From Obrimoposthia wandeli (taxonomy: Eukaryota), in assembly GCA_977020255.1 (NCBI GenBank), contig CDROCS010000067.1, positions 248,001-312,000 of the forward strand: a stretch of 64,000 bases of DNA. Direction: 5' to 3'. Of this stretch, positions 51,101 through 60,284 are shown in pieces. A program made the translations under genes and the position numbers. The notes beneath the pieces are model-generated. The model was not told where the DNA came from and did not search any database. It saw only the letters and a program-made list of their open reading frames with translations. Positions within the stretch are counted from its first letter, which is position 1, and each line of letters begins with the position of its first letter.

Positions 51101-52755
51101 ATTTGGCGATGGTGTCAAACCAAAACTATTGAACGTGAATACGTTGATTGAGAGAGAAGGATTCTCTCTCTCGAATCTCGGTATGTTCAATAGCCGCATA
51201 GGCATATCAGAAAGGTCATAATTTAACCTATCGAGCAGATCATCATATTGACCTGCTCGCTGAGGATTTACAGGGAATAAGCCCCTAAAAAGAATAGCCA
51301 GAATGCTATATATAAAACAAAGCGGGCCAGTATTCTGTACATTCACAATGCAGTGAGAATACCGTAACCCGTATGGCGTAGGAATATACCCGCTTCCTTG
51401 GAGTCTATTAATGATAGTTGTCCTAGTGACAATAAAGAGATCTCCAGGAAACGGTTTATTCGCCAATTACTTGCGTTTTTGGAGTACGTCTCGATTTTCT
51501 GATTAAGGGAATCAATCCCATTAGAAATAAAATCTGACTCTGAGAAAGGTAGAGCCACATTCGAGATGTTCCAGGGTCTTCTATCAGAATCATTTATGAA
51601 TTCGACATGGACCCCGAACTGTACTTTGCAAGTCGCAAATTTACGTACAGACTCCCTTAACGCTGACAAAAGTGAAGTAGGTACAGACAGATCAGTCATA
51701 TTATCACTGGAAACATCCAGCGAAATAGTGACGATACTACCACCTAAACCAGTATGGGACCCCACATTCCCCGTAGCCCGCTTCGAGGAGGATGAACCCG
51801 AAGTTGGGTTTCCTTGCCTCTTACGAGTACCAATGACCGGCAACGAACTAGTGGAGGGTATCGCACTATTCGGTGACGGACCATTAGTAGAGGAATGTGC
51901 ACCAGTAGAAACGGGAGGCAAATTACCCGCTCCCACTTGCACTATGGAAGAAATAGCAATGAGGCCAGAGCCCGAAGGTGTAATAAAACTGGGCATTGAG
52001 CTAGAAAAATTGCTCATAGAGCCAGATACATTGCTCATAGAGCTAGTTACATTGCTCATAGAGCTAGACAAATTGCTCGTTGAGCCAGAGCACGAAGGCA
52101 TAACAAAACTGCTCGTAGAGGCAGAAACAAAACTGCTCGTAGAGGCAGGAACAAAACTGGGCATAGAGCCAGAGCCCGAAGGCATAACAAAACTGCTCAT
52201 AGAGGCAGAAACTTGGCCCGAAGCCCCATCCGAAACTTGGCCCGAAGCCCCATCACATACTTGGCCCGAAGCCGCATATTCATCTTCTTCTTCTTCTGCT
52301 CCATTATTGCTCCATTCATCTATTATCTCGAACTCTTCGGTCTGCATATCATCATCGCTGATCATCTGCATATCAACATCTTCATTGTCATCGCTGATGA
52401 TGATGGTAGAATGATGAGCAGCAGCAACTGGGGCAGATACTGGAACAGTAGCAGAAATTGGACCAGCAACCCGAGAAATAGTAGCAGATCTATTCTGAAA
52501 GATGGCCTTCTTGCCACGTTGCTGGAAATGACGAAGATGGACACGATGACGCGCCACAAACTCCGACCAATCAATATCCTCCGCGGAGAGACATACTGGA
52601 CATACGTAGAATTTTTGTCCGTTGAACTTCTGTCCAAAGTAGCTCTTCATTTTTCCGTCACATTCCTTGTGACTCTCCTCGAAGCATAATTCTTTGTTCA
52701 TATTGCAATTCTAGAAAGAAATAAATTAGCAGAAAAATAACAATAAAATTACCAT
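48183..52755 (-). pseudogene. Protein-primed family B DNA polymerase, spliced (introns 52711-52752 and 49712-49844), with nonsense and frameshift lesions
   Basis: NVQN..CFIYSIL, YADFEA (ExoI), CYLC..RDHDH..CNL, FHNLRGYD, YIDVNNLYG, KLKVNSLYGK, GDTDS, LRPKCY. TGA at 48795-48797, TAG at 50954-50956, frameshifts near 51430 and 50720. Confidence 0.93.
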
Positions 52756-52802
52756 TTTCAATTTCGTTTATAATAGGGGATTATTTGTTGATTGATGCTT
52801 GC

Positions 52803-52809
52803 TTATATA
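52803..52809 (-). promoter_or_regulatory. TATA box upstream of pPolB, with CCAAT at about 52832
   Basis: GTATATAAG on the minus strand about 48 bp before the ATG at 52755. Confidence 0.55.
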
Positions 52810-52886
52810 CTATTTTCAAGCTAGTATTAAGCCAATCAGATTTATTCATTATTTAAACCAACCAGATTAATTTAAAACAGAATAGT

Positions 52887-53396
52887 TTACTGACAGATGT
52901 GAGTAGTTGAATTTTCATTAATATTTAAATAATCCAAACTAGCTGCAAAGCATTTCTTGTATGCACAATGCTCGCCATGTTTAATATATGGACAATTGAT
53001 ATTTGATGGATTTAATTGTTTTAATGTTTTCCAGTAATTTATCACTCTAAATTCAGGAAAATATTTATTGATTGTCTTTATTTTAGCTCCATTATTTTCA
53101 TCCAAAACATAGAAAATTGATTTGGATACATCACAACAACGTTTTATTTTCTCAGTTATTTCTTGTATCTTGAAATAACTATTACCATCAACTAGTTTTA
53201 GTCGATGGTAATGCTTAATGAGATATCTATTTATTTTTCGTGATTTTCTATTCATAATGTCCCATATGGGTTGCATTTTAAAAACATAATGTTTAGGATA
53301 GAAGATTGCATCCACATCCAATATACATAGTTATATTATTACAAATTCAGTATTATTATCAATAAAAGCTTCAAAATCAATAAAATAAACAGACAT
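52887..53396 (-). pseudogene. Polinton accessory DEDD-like protein with one in-frame TAA (53331-53333)
   Basis: MSVYFIDFEAF..II*LCILD, then HYHRL..DG and a C-terminal CPYIKHGEHCA. Confidence 0.75.
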
Positions 53397-53433
53397 TTTT
53401 TATAGCAATAATTTTATTTGATATTGTTTATAT

Positions 53434-53811
53434 CTATTGTTTATGCTTTAACCAAAGCAGACAGAGTTGTCCACATGACTGTGTTAAAACATTTTGATAA
53501 TGTTTCTTACTAAAATGTACTTTCTTTCCAGAATCAAATACTGTAGATACTAATTTAGAAGGGTAATATATCCCAAAGGGGTCAAAAACAAAGATTTCAT
53601 TTTCATTAACATGTATTGCAATCCAATGTTCACCACGCAAATTAGATGAATGTGTATTGATTACATATCCACCTAGTCGAGTCAAAGAGGGGATGTGATC
53701 AAGGCTGTAGACTCCATTGAAACGCGAACCGAGTAGTTTTCTTCCGCTTTTTGTTATCTCGTCCGAACTAGAATATATATTAATTAATAAATTCAAACTG
53801 ACTTACTTCAT
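53434..53811 (-). CDS. Adenain-like cysteine protease, spliced (intron 53768-53806)
   Basis: Spliced N-terminus MNSDEIT. Catalytic motifs GEHWIA, FDPFG and YQ..TQSCGQLC. Confidence 0.92.
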
Positions 53812-53842
53812 TTATATATCTTCTTTATTGTTTTCATTCTGT

Positions 53843-55065
53843 TTATACTAGTACTGTTCCTCCCTTGGTAATTTGAACCTCAGAATCGAATACTCCATAG
53901 ATTATAATATTAGTAGGGTGTTCAAGTGCTTTTGAAAACTTGATTTCTACTTTCAAATTTCCCTGTTTAGGGATTTGAGCTTGATTAATATCGAAATCAG
54001 GAGAGAGAACAAATGTGAACAGTGTATACTTGTCCTTGAAATCAGTCATTGAAATTCCAATATTAGCATCCTTATCCAAATGACCAAGATTTCTAATTAA
54101 AGATTGCACATATGAAAACACATAATCATCGTTTTCAAAGTCATTCGTATAAGATTCTTGATAATCAATATTTCGTGCAAGTTTAATTGATTCATGTGTC
54201 CAAATTGAGAAACCTCATTTTTAGACTCACCTCCATAGGTAGACGTGTTTTGGAAAGCAATTAAAACAAAGTTTGGAAGTTGCATATCACCAAAAATCTG
54301 ATCCTTGTAATAAGATAGTGCTCCCGTAGGGATAGCGTGAGAAACAAGATTAGTTTTTCTAATAGGATAACATGCATTTTGCTTCTCCAACCCCATTCGA
54401 TGTGCAACAAGTACAGATGGTTCCACCTTTACTCGTCGAACCAGCAGTTTTGCTTCCGTAATCTCAATTGCGGTTTTAATAGTATCAGCGCAAACAACAC
54501 TAAAACCTACTGGATTTCTTTTCATTCGAATATGTGCACTTACACCGGGTAAAAGATACTTTGGTTGCTTAAAGAAATCCAAATGAAGACTCCCACAAAG
54601 TGACAATACTTTAGACTTTGCAATCGAAGCAATTCTTCTTTTTTCATCATTGTCAAACCCAATTGCATCAAGATTAATCAATTTCGTATCATTACCGTAA
54701 TTCAACAATGTTTCAATCATTGCTTTATGGGTGTAACTAGTATTATTTCCTTCAACTTTCACATTATTGAGACTGAGAATCACATCCTTGAAAAGAGTAT
54801 GCAACATGTAATTAGCTGATTTGATATCCATACCATCATCCAAATCACCTCCACCTTCCTTTGTAACTTTCAATTTAACGAGAAATAAACTATCATTCAA
54901 ATCAAGATATTGAGTATTGGATCCATTAATATTGAATTCTAAATCCGGAGAAGATGTCCCGTTAACCGTATTTGTCGGAAATATTTCTTCAAAACTAGCA
55001 CTATCAACCACAACCTGAGGTATAGGTTTATCGAATATACACAATTCAGTTTTAGCACAACTCAT
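53843..55065 (-). pseudogene. Double jelly-roll major capsid protein with a frameshift near 54180
   Basis: MSCAKTELCIFD..., LHLDFFKQPKYLLPGV, YTLFTFVLSPD, GNLKVEIKF. The two ORFs join after FGHMN. Confidence 0.9.
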
Positions 55066-55427
55066 TACTTAAAAATTGTTCCACCTAGTTTCAAACGTTT
55101 GTTTATACCCGATGCTTTAGATGTTTTCTTACGTTTATAACCACTTCCCTTTTGAGTTTTCTTTTTCAAAAATTCAGCTAGACTTGGTGAAATTTCATTC
55201 ACCTGATCCAAGGCTGCATCCTTTAGTGTAGGAAGAAATTTCTCATCACCAGACAAGTATTTTGATCCAACATTAGCAATAAATTTCCCGAGTCGCTTGA
55301 GTAGTGGGAAAGCAAAGCGACCAAAAACCTTCATCCATCCTGATCCATACTGTTTTCCGGCAAAATAAGGCAAATCACCTCCTTGCATCGGTTTACTATA
55401 CGCATCGATTATACTTGAATCAATCAT
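55065..55427 (-). CDS. Small basic virion core/precursor protein with adenain-type GG/GSG sites
   Basis: MQGGD, QYGSGWMKVFGRFAFPLL and QKGSG. Located between penton and MCP, as in Polintons. Confidence 0.8.
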   Translation of the reverse strand: MIDSSIIDAYSKPMQGGDLPYFAGKQYGSGWMKVFGRFAFPLLKRLGKFIANVGSKYLSGDEKFLPTLKDAALDQVNEISPSLAEFLKKKTQKGSGYKRKKTSKASGINKRLKLGGTIFK

Positions 55428-56452
55428 ATTTTTCTAAAATGTATTGTTAAACTTGTTTTAGCTCCAAATGAAAATTTAATTAATCTTCCTGAATCATCCC
55501 GAATGTTAACTTCAATATTGTTTATAGAAGAAGAACTCACAGGAATATACATTGGATTTTCAATTGGGATATGTATAATATCTCCATACTTGTGCTTTTC
55601 CTGTTGAACCCAAATAGATTTTATTAATGGAAGTTTATTTCCACCCACAAATATCGGTTCAGTAATACTTGTGTAAATATAAATCTGATTATACGCATTA
55701 CTTAGCTTTGCCCGATTAGATGCTCGGAAAACTTTATTAAGATTTTTAAAACTGTTTTCATTGAATCCTATAATTGTAGCTAAATTTTTATCCATATTTA
55801 TTTCTTTTACATGTGGTTTCAATTTAAACTCAATTATCTCCTTTTTAACATAAAAGCTTTCAAATATATTATCAATATTTTTCATAAAATATTGACAAAG
55901 ACTTTCAACATTGGAAAATAAGCAATCATTTTCGAATGCATACTGCTCACGTACATCCTCTTGATTATAATGATGCATCTTTAACTTTAATGTCGGTAAA
56001 TCATATATTTGATTTGGTAATTCCGATTCATAAAACATACTTTCAATAGGAGCTTCTTTCATACCGTAACTTAATGCTAAACTTTTATTATCAATTTCTA
56101 AATTGAAAGCTTGTCTCGTAGTGCGAGTTATACAAATTTTGTTTTCGCCGCTAAGGTAAATAACATATTTACTATTAATTGGCGTTAAATACTTGACGAA
56201 AAATGCTCCATGTTTCATTTTCACACCAGCTTTAACTTCAGTTTTTATTCTTTTCTCCACAACATAATCTATAATTGACCCTCCTTTAATGGATAGAGGA
56301 GAGTAATTGAAAGAAAATTCCGTCAGAGCAGCTTCCCAATGCCCAGGTAAATTGATTGAGCTTTGATAATCAATACTAAAACTATTAGCAGTATTATTCG
56401 GCTGAGTTAATGGTGAACCATTACTTGGTAAAACAACATACATTGAGTTCAT
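55424..56452 (-). CDS. Penton (minor capsid protein)
   Basis: YVVLPSN, WEAALTEFSF, IYIYTSITEP, YIPV..INNIEVNIRDDSG. ATG at 56452 overlaps the integrase stop. Confidence 0.9.
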   Translation of the reverse strand: MNSMYVVLPSNGSPLTQPNNTANSFSIDYQSSINLPGHWEAALTEFSFNYSPLSIKGGSIIDYVVEKRIKTEVKAGVKMKHGAFFVKYLTPINSKYVIYLSGENKICITRTTRQAFNLEIDNKSLALSYGMKEAPIESMFYESELPNQIYDLPTLKLKMHHYNQEDVREQYAFENDCLFSNVESLCQYFMKNIDNIFESFYVKKEIIEFKLKPHVKEINMDKNLATIIGFNENSFKNLNKVFRASNRAKLSNAYNQIYIYTSITEPIFVGGNKLPLIKSIWVQQEKHKYGDIIHIPIENPMYIPVSSSSINNIEVNIRDDSGRLIKFSFGAKTSLTIHFRKI

Positions 56453-57477
56453 TCTATTTGAGAAGCTAATATCCAACTAGGTTCAGTATATCCATGCCAC
56501 TTAACATGATATTGTTTATGCTTTCCTCTACCTTTTGTCTCTAAGATTTCTTGAATTCTGTATACTCTAGGCTTTGATGGTAATACTTGTAGTTCTTCAT
56601 GATAAAACTTTCCTGCAATTTCATTATTGGTTTCATCCTCAATGAAATACATTACCGGCACACGTTTATTATCAATTTTAGTTATACGAAATACTTCATC
56701 GCTCCAATTCTCTTTGAAATTCTTTATAAAAGGAGTAGTACTAATTTGAGAAATACGTACATAATCACCAACTTTATACTTGGGTTTCCGCGCAACTTGA
56801 CTTTGGTTACGGCGTTGCCAAATTTCCATAGCATTCTCATCTGTAACATCAACAGGTCTCTTTCGGTCTAATGATGAGTGTTCACTATGATTGTATGCAT
56901 GTATTATTTGAGGTAAAACAGTAACCCATGACTTATTTCCCTGCTTTGTGAAATACTTTTTCAAACGATCTCTCAATGTTCGATTAAAACGTTCAACTAA
57001 AGCGGCTTTATATTGGGAAAATACTGAGTAATGATTAATATTATGTTTTTTCAATAGTGTTTCAACATGTTTATTATAAAACTCCTTTCCACTATCCGTT
57101 TGGAAATTTCTTGGTTTTATTTCTTTAATCAAAAGCTTCATTGCGGTTAAAACATCGGTACCAGACTTAGACTTTAATGGAATGGCTCGCGCGAATCTGC
57201 TAAAGACATCAACACAAGTTAAAATATATCGATATCCGTTGTTAATACTAGCATACGGAATCATTTCCATCAAATCTGCTTGCCATAAATCATTCGGGCC
57301 GCTCGTTTTGTATGATCTCGTTGGGAACCGACGTCTCATTGGTTTGTTTAAGCTGTAAGCTAATTGATTTCTCAACCACGCCTGAGTTTCCTGCTTTGTC
57401 TTCTTTGACTCTTTTGCTAATTTTGAAACCCCTGTGTAACCAACGGGGTGACTTGGATTGAACCATATTTTCTCCAT
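56449..57477 (-). CDS. Retroviral-like (rve) integrase with C-terminal chromodomain
   Basis: WQADL, CVDVFSRF, QTDSGKEF, ALVERFNRTL, then YRIQEIL..YHVKWHGY. Confidence 0.96.
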   Translation of the reverse strand: MEKIWFNPSHPVGYTGVSKLAKESKKTKQETQAWLRNQLAYSLNKPMRRRFPTRSYKTSGPNDLWQADLMEMIPYASINNGYRYILTCVDVFSRFARAIPLKSKSGTDVLTAMKLLIKEIKPRNFQTDSGKEFYNKHVETLLKKHNINHYSVFSQYKAALVERFNRTLRDRLKKYFTKQGNKSWVTVLPQIIHAYNHSEHSSLDRKRPVDVTDENAMEIWQRRNQSQVARKPKYKVGDYVRISQISTTPFIKNFKENWSDEVFRITKIDNKRVPVMYFIEDETNNEIAGKFYHEELQVLPSKPRVYRIQEILETKGRGKHKQYHVKWHGYTEPSWILASQIE

Positions 57478-57580
57478 TGCAGCAAGATGATTTGATTTTT
57501 AAATTGAATTTAGGAATAGATGGAAGTGATCCCATATATAAATTCATATTATTATTGATTCGAATTATGCTTATAATCAT
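57290..57580 (-). CDS. Small hypothetical protein overlapping the integrase 5' end
   Basis: ATG overlaps the upstream stop (ATGA). Contains MGSLPS and KIKSSCC. Confidence 0.35.
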   Translation of the reverse strand: MIISIIRINNNMNLYMGSLPSIPKFNLKIKSSCCNGENMVQSKSPRWLHRGFKISKRVKEDKAGNSGVVEKSISLQLKQTNETSVPNEIIQNERPE

Positions 57581-57782
57581 CGGTTTATTAGTCTACTAGC
57601 AAGTGCACCAACTATTGAGCTAATAATTGGTACGAGAAATCCTAAAAATCCACCACTTTGCTTATAAAGCAACTTACGTTTACCGATTCGTATTTGGGAT
57701 GAAACAAAGCAAGTAGAGGTTTCTTATGTCGATTCATGTTAGCCTTGACAATTATTTTACCAGAAACTATTTTCTGTATCAT
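57577..57782 (-). pseudogene. Small Polinton QxGGF protein (amphipathic virion-protein precursor) with a 1-nt frameshift near 57685
   Basis: MIQKIVSGKIIV..RHKKPLLAL, then RKLLYKQSGGFLGFLVPIISSIVGALAS. Length of 206 nt is one short of a full frame. Confidence 0.7.
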
Positions 57783-57997
57783 ATTAAGTAATCATCAATT
57801 ACAAAAGTAGGGAATGATTTAAGAATAGCTGGGCGGCGAATAGCAGGTGCACGCATGAGAGAATTGAAATAGGCAATACTCCTAGATTTCTTAACAACAG
57901 TTCTTTTAGATTTTTGAGCAACCATTTTCCTTGCACTTAAAACTGATTTAATCAATTTTTTAACTTCGGGTTTAACAGTTTCCTTTTTAAAATTCAT
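57779..57997 (-). CDS. Small Lys/Arg-rich protein (possible DNA-condensing protein)
   Basis: 72-aa ORF with ATGA overlaps at both ends. Confidence 0.55.
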   Translation of the reverse strand: MNFKKETVKPEVKKLIKSVLSARKMVAQKSKRTVVKKSRSIAYFNSLMRAPAIRRPAILKSFPTFVIDDYLI

Positions 57998-58644
57998 CTT
58001 CTCAAAACTGGTTTCTTTGTTTGTTTATAAACGGTTATTCCCGATGGATTGAATACATCAGTTCTAACTCTAAAGTCATCGGGACAATCTTGAGTAAAAT
58101 CAATAAAAATGTATCCATGAGGAATAGTAGTTGCATCTTGAAATGAATCAATTAAAAACTTTCTATTATTCGGGTAAGCTTGTCTTGAAACAAAATCAAC
58201 AACCGTCTGATCACGTGGATTCTTGAAGAGAACAAGGTAATGTACATTTAAATTACGAGTTCTATGGTTCCCTCCTTGATGAAATAGATTTTGTGTGATG
58301 AAAATAACAGTTACTTCTCGATGTCGTCCTATTTTAGTGAATAAATTATTGAAATCACTCTCTTTATTTGCTTCTTGATACAGATCATCAATAACAATAA
58401 CATCATGTCGTTGTAATCGCTCAGACCAATTATCATCGAATCCATTAATGACTTTTATATTTTTGATTTTCTTAAACTCTTTACTGGTTAAACCAGCTTC
58501 TCCATCTCCTCCCTGATGCCAGTATATTTTATTAAACTTAAAACTAAAGTATTTATTATTTTGCAGTAGTTTACATACAAAATGTGTTTTCCCACTACCA
58601 CTAGGACCTACAATCTGAAAAACTGAATTATTTTTTAAGTTCAT
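57994..58644 (-). CDS. A32/FtsK-like DNA packaging ATPase
   Basis: GPSGSGKT, VIVIDDL, TQNLF, LFKNPRD. Confidence 0.95.
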   Translation of the reverse strand: MNLKNNSVFQIVGPSGSGKTHFVCKLLQNNKYFSFKFNKIYWHQGGDGEAGLTSKEFKKIKNIKVINGFDDNWSERLQRHDVIVIDDLYQEANKESDFNNLFTKIGRHREVTVIFITQNLFHQGGNHRTRNLNVHYLVLFKNPRDQTVVDFVSRQAYPNNRKFLIDSFQDATTIPHGYIFIDFTQDCPDDFRVRTDVFNPSGITVYKQTKKPVLRR

Positions 58645-58687
58645 ATTAAAAATATTAGATTATCGGGATAATGTTTATAAGACAAAA

Positions 58688-58969
58688 CTATTTAAAATAT
58701 TTTATTACGAAACATCCAGCAACTAACAATAAAAAACTCTTCTCGTAGAAAAAGCTCCTTTTCTCTTCTTTGTTTGCGAGTTTCTTCTGATTGTATCCCT
58801 GAATGAGAAGATTGACTGCCTTGTCGTGCACCATTCTTCTTACGTGCTCTTCCAGGGGTAGATTTGAGACATCAATGAGTTGCAGAACATCTGGTTCTAT
58901 GACATTCTTCGAGATGAAGCTCTTCACCGCCTTGTCAACATCTTGCTTGAAATAGTTTGGAGTAGACAT
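58688..58969 (-). CDS. Hypothetical 93-aa accessory protein
   Basis: ATG at 58969 (MSTPNYF), with GTATATAAG at 59003-59011. Confidence 0.55.
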   Translation of the reverse strand: MSTPNYFKQDVDKAVKSFISKNVIEPDVLQLIDVSNLPLEEHVRRMVHDKAVNLLIQGYNQKKLANKEEKRSFFYEKSFLLLVAGCFVIKYFK

Positions 58970-59044
58970 AATGATGATGATGAAGAAGTAAAAAGTAATC
59001 TGCTTATATACTATACATCTGAAATCTGATTGGTTAATAAATAC

Positions 59045-59135
59045 ACTGACTAATAAAGACACTAAAGACACTGACTAATAAAGACACTAAAGACACTAAA
59101 GACACTGACTAATAAAGACACTAAAGACACTGATT
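59045..59135. repeat. Short tandem array (GACTAATAAAGACACTAAAGACACT-like) upstream of the 93-aa gene promoter
   Basis: Read directly from the sequence; 3-4 imperfect units. Confidence 0.85.
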
Positions 59136-59156
59136 AAAGATAAAGACGAATAAAAT

Positions 59157-59879
59157 TTACACATGATAACGATTAAAAATACGTATTTGATGAAGCATAG
59201 CTTCATTAGGAGCAGCAATAGTCCGTTTAGCTTTAACAAGATTCGAAGCAGCAGTAACACCAATCGAATGAGATAAAAATGCAATAACAATACAAGCAGC
59301 ATGTAAACTACCATAATGACCACATACTAAAATCTTACCACCATTTTCGATAGTTTCTTTAATTATATTATTAGTCTGTTTATAATACTTCATTATTGTT
59401 TCTCCTAATTTTGAGTTTACAAAGACAGAAGTATATTTTAATTTCTTATAAGATATTTTATCCAGTATAGATGTATTGATTACATGAGTGAAATTGGAAT
59501 TCAAAAGATTAGTTTCATCAAACCCATCTCGATAATTACCAATATATAATTGATTTACTAAAATCTCACTCATCGCTGTTTTGTTTAACTTTTCTACATT
59601 AAGTTGAGTAAATCTAGCACTAAACAAACTATCAAAAAGATGGGTCATGTGGTTCATTTCCATACTCGAAGCATGAGCTATTATGGGTTCCATAAAAGCC
59701 AAAGCATTTAAAAAATCTATCCGTCTCTTATCTTCAATAATTGGATCTATAATAATTTCTTCTTCTATCGTCACTTCATCAATAGTTTCTTCTCTTCTTA
59801 TAACTGTTGTTGTTGTTGCTGGTAGTGATGATGTTGCTGGCGATGATGTTGCTTCTGGTGCTGAATTGATTTTCTCCAT
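59157..59879 (-). CDS. Dual-specificity phosphatase-fold protein with a degenerate catalytic loop
   Basis: LYIGNY, FTHVINTS, GGKILVCGHYGSLHAACIVIAFL, VKAKRTIAAPNEAMLHQI. TATATAA at 59906-59912. Confidence 0.85.
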   Translation of the reverse strand: MEKINSAPEATSSPATSSLPATTTTVIRREETIDEVTIEEEIIIDPIIEDKRRIDFLNALAFMEPIIAHASSMEMNHMTHLFDSLFSARFTQLNVEKLNKTAMSEILVNQLYIGNYRDGFDETNLLNSNFTHVINTSILDKISYKKLKYTSVFVNSKLGETIMKYYKQTNNIIKETIENGGKILVCGHYGSLHAACIVIAFLSHSIGVTAASNLVKAKRTIAAPNEAMLHQIRIFNRYHV

Positions 59880-59929
59880 TTTATCAATTCCGACTCAATT
59901 TAGTCTTATATATTAAACAAGGTTAGATT

Positions 59930-60156
59930 TCATTGGAGCATCAGTTTCATCATATGATTTGATTGGAGTATTATTCAACCTTTCCATTGTACTTAACATC
60001 TCATGTAAATGTAGTTGATGACGTAACCTAAAGAGTTAAATAAACTACATATAAATATTACTCATGATTATTTTTCCTAATTAAAGCATTGAGAATAACT
60101 GAAGCAAGATCTTTTAATGCATCCTGAACCTCTTTACATTCAATAATTTCATCCAT
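59930..60156 (-). CDS. Candidate spliced 63-aa ORF (intron 60028-60061)
   Basis: MDEIIECKEVQDALKDLASVILNALIRKNNHE|LRHQLHLHEMLSTMERL...; the unspliced frame stops at GAG TAA. Confidence 0.4.
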
Positions 60157-60284
60157 TTTATGATAAAGCAAATCAAATATTGTTTATAACCCATGAAAAA
60201 TCTATTTTTAGACCACATTACAACTATTTGCAACTATTTGCAAGTAATGACATGTGATGTCTTTGTCTTAGTATAAACAATATT

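Noticed and set aside
51566-52689. Plus-strand ORFs of 282 and 158 aa as real genes
   Set aside because: They are antisense shadows of the repetitive, GC-rich PolB N-terminal region.
48795-53333. Stop-codon reassignment or readthrough explaining the in-frame stops in Polinton genes
   Set aside because: All three stop types occur (TGA, TAG, TAA) alongside frameshifts, and the same codons terminate intact ORFs. Decay or sequence error is simpler.
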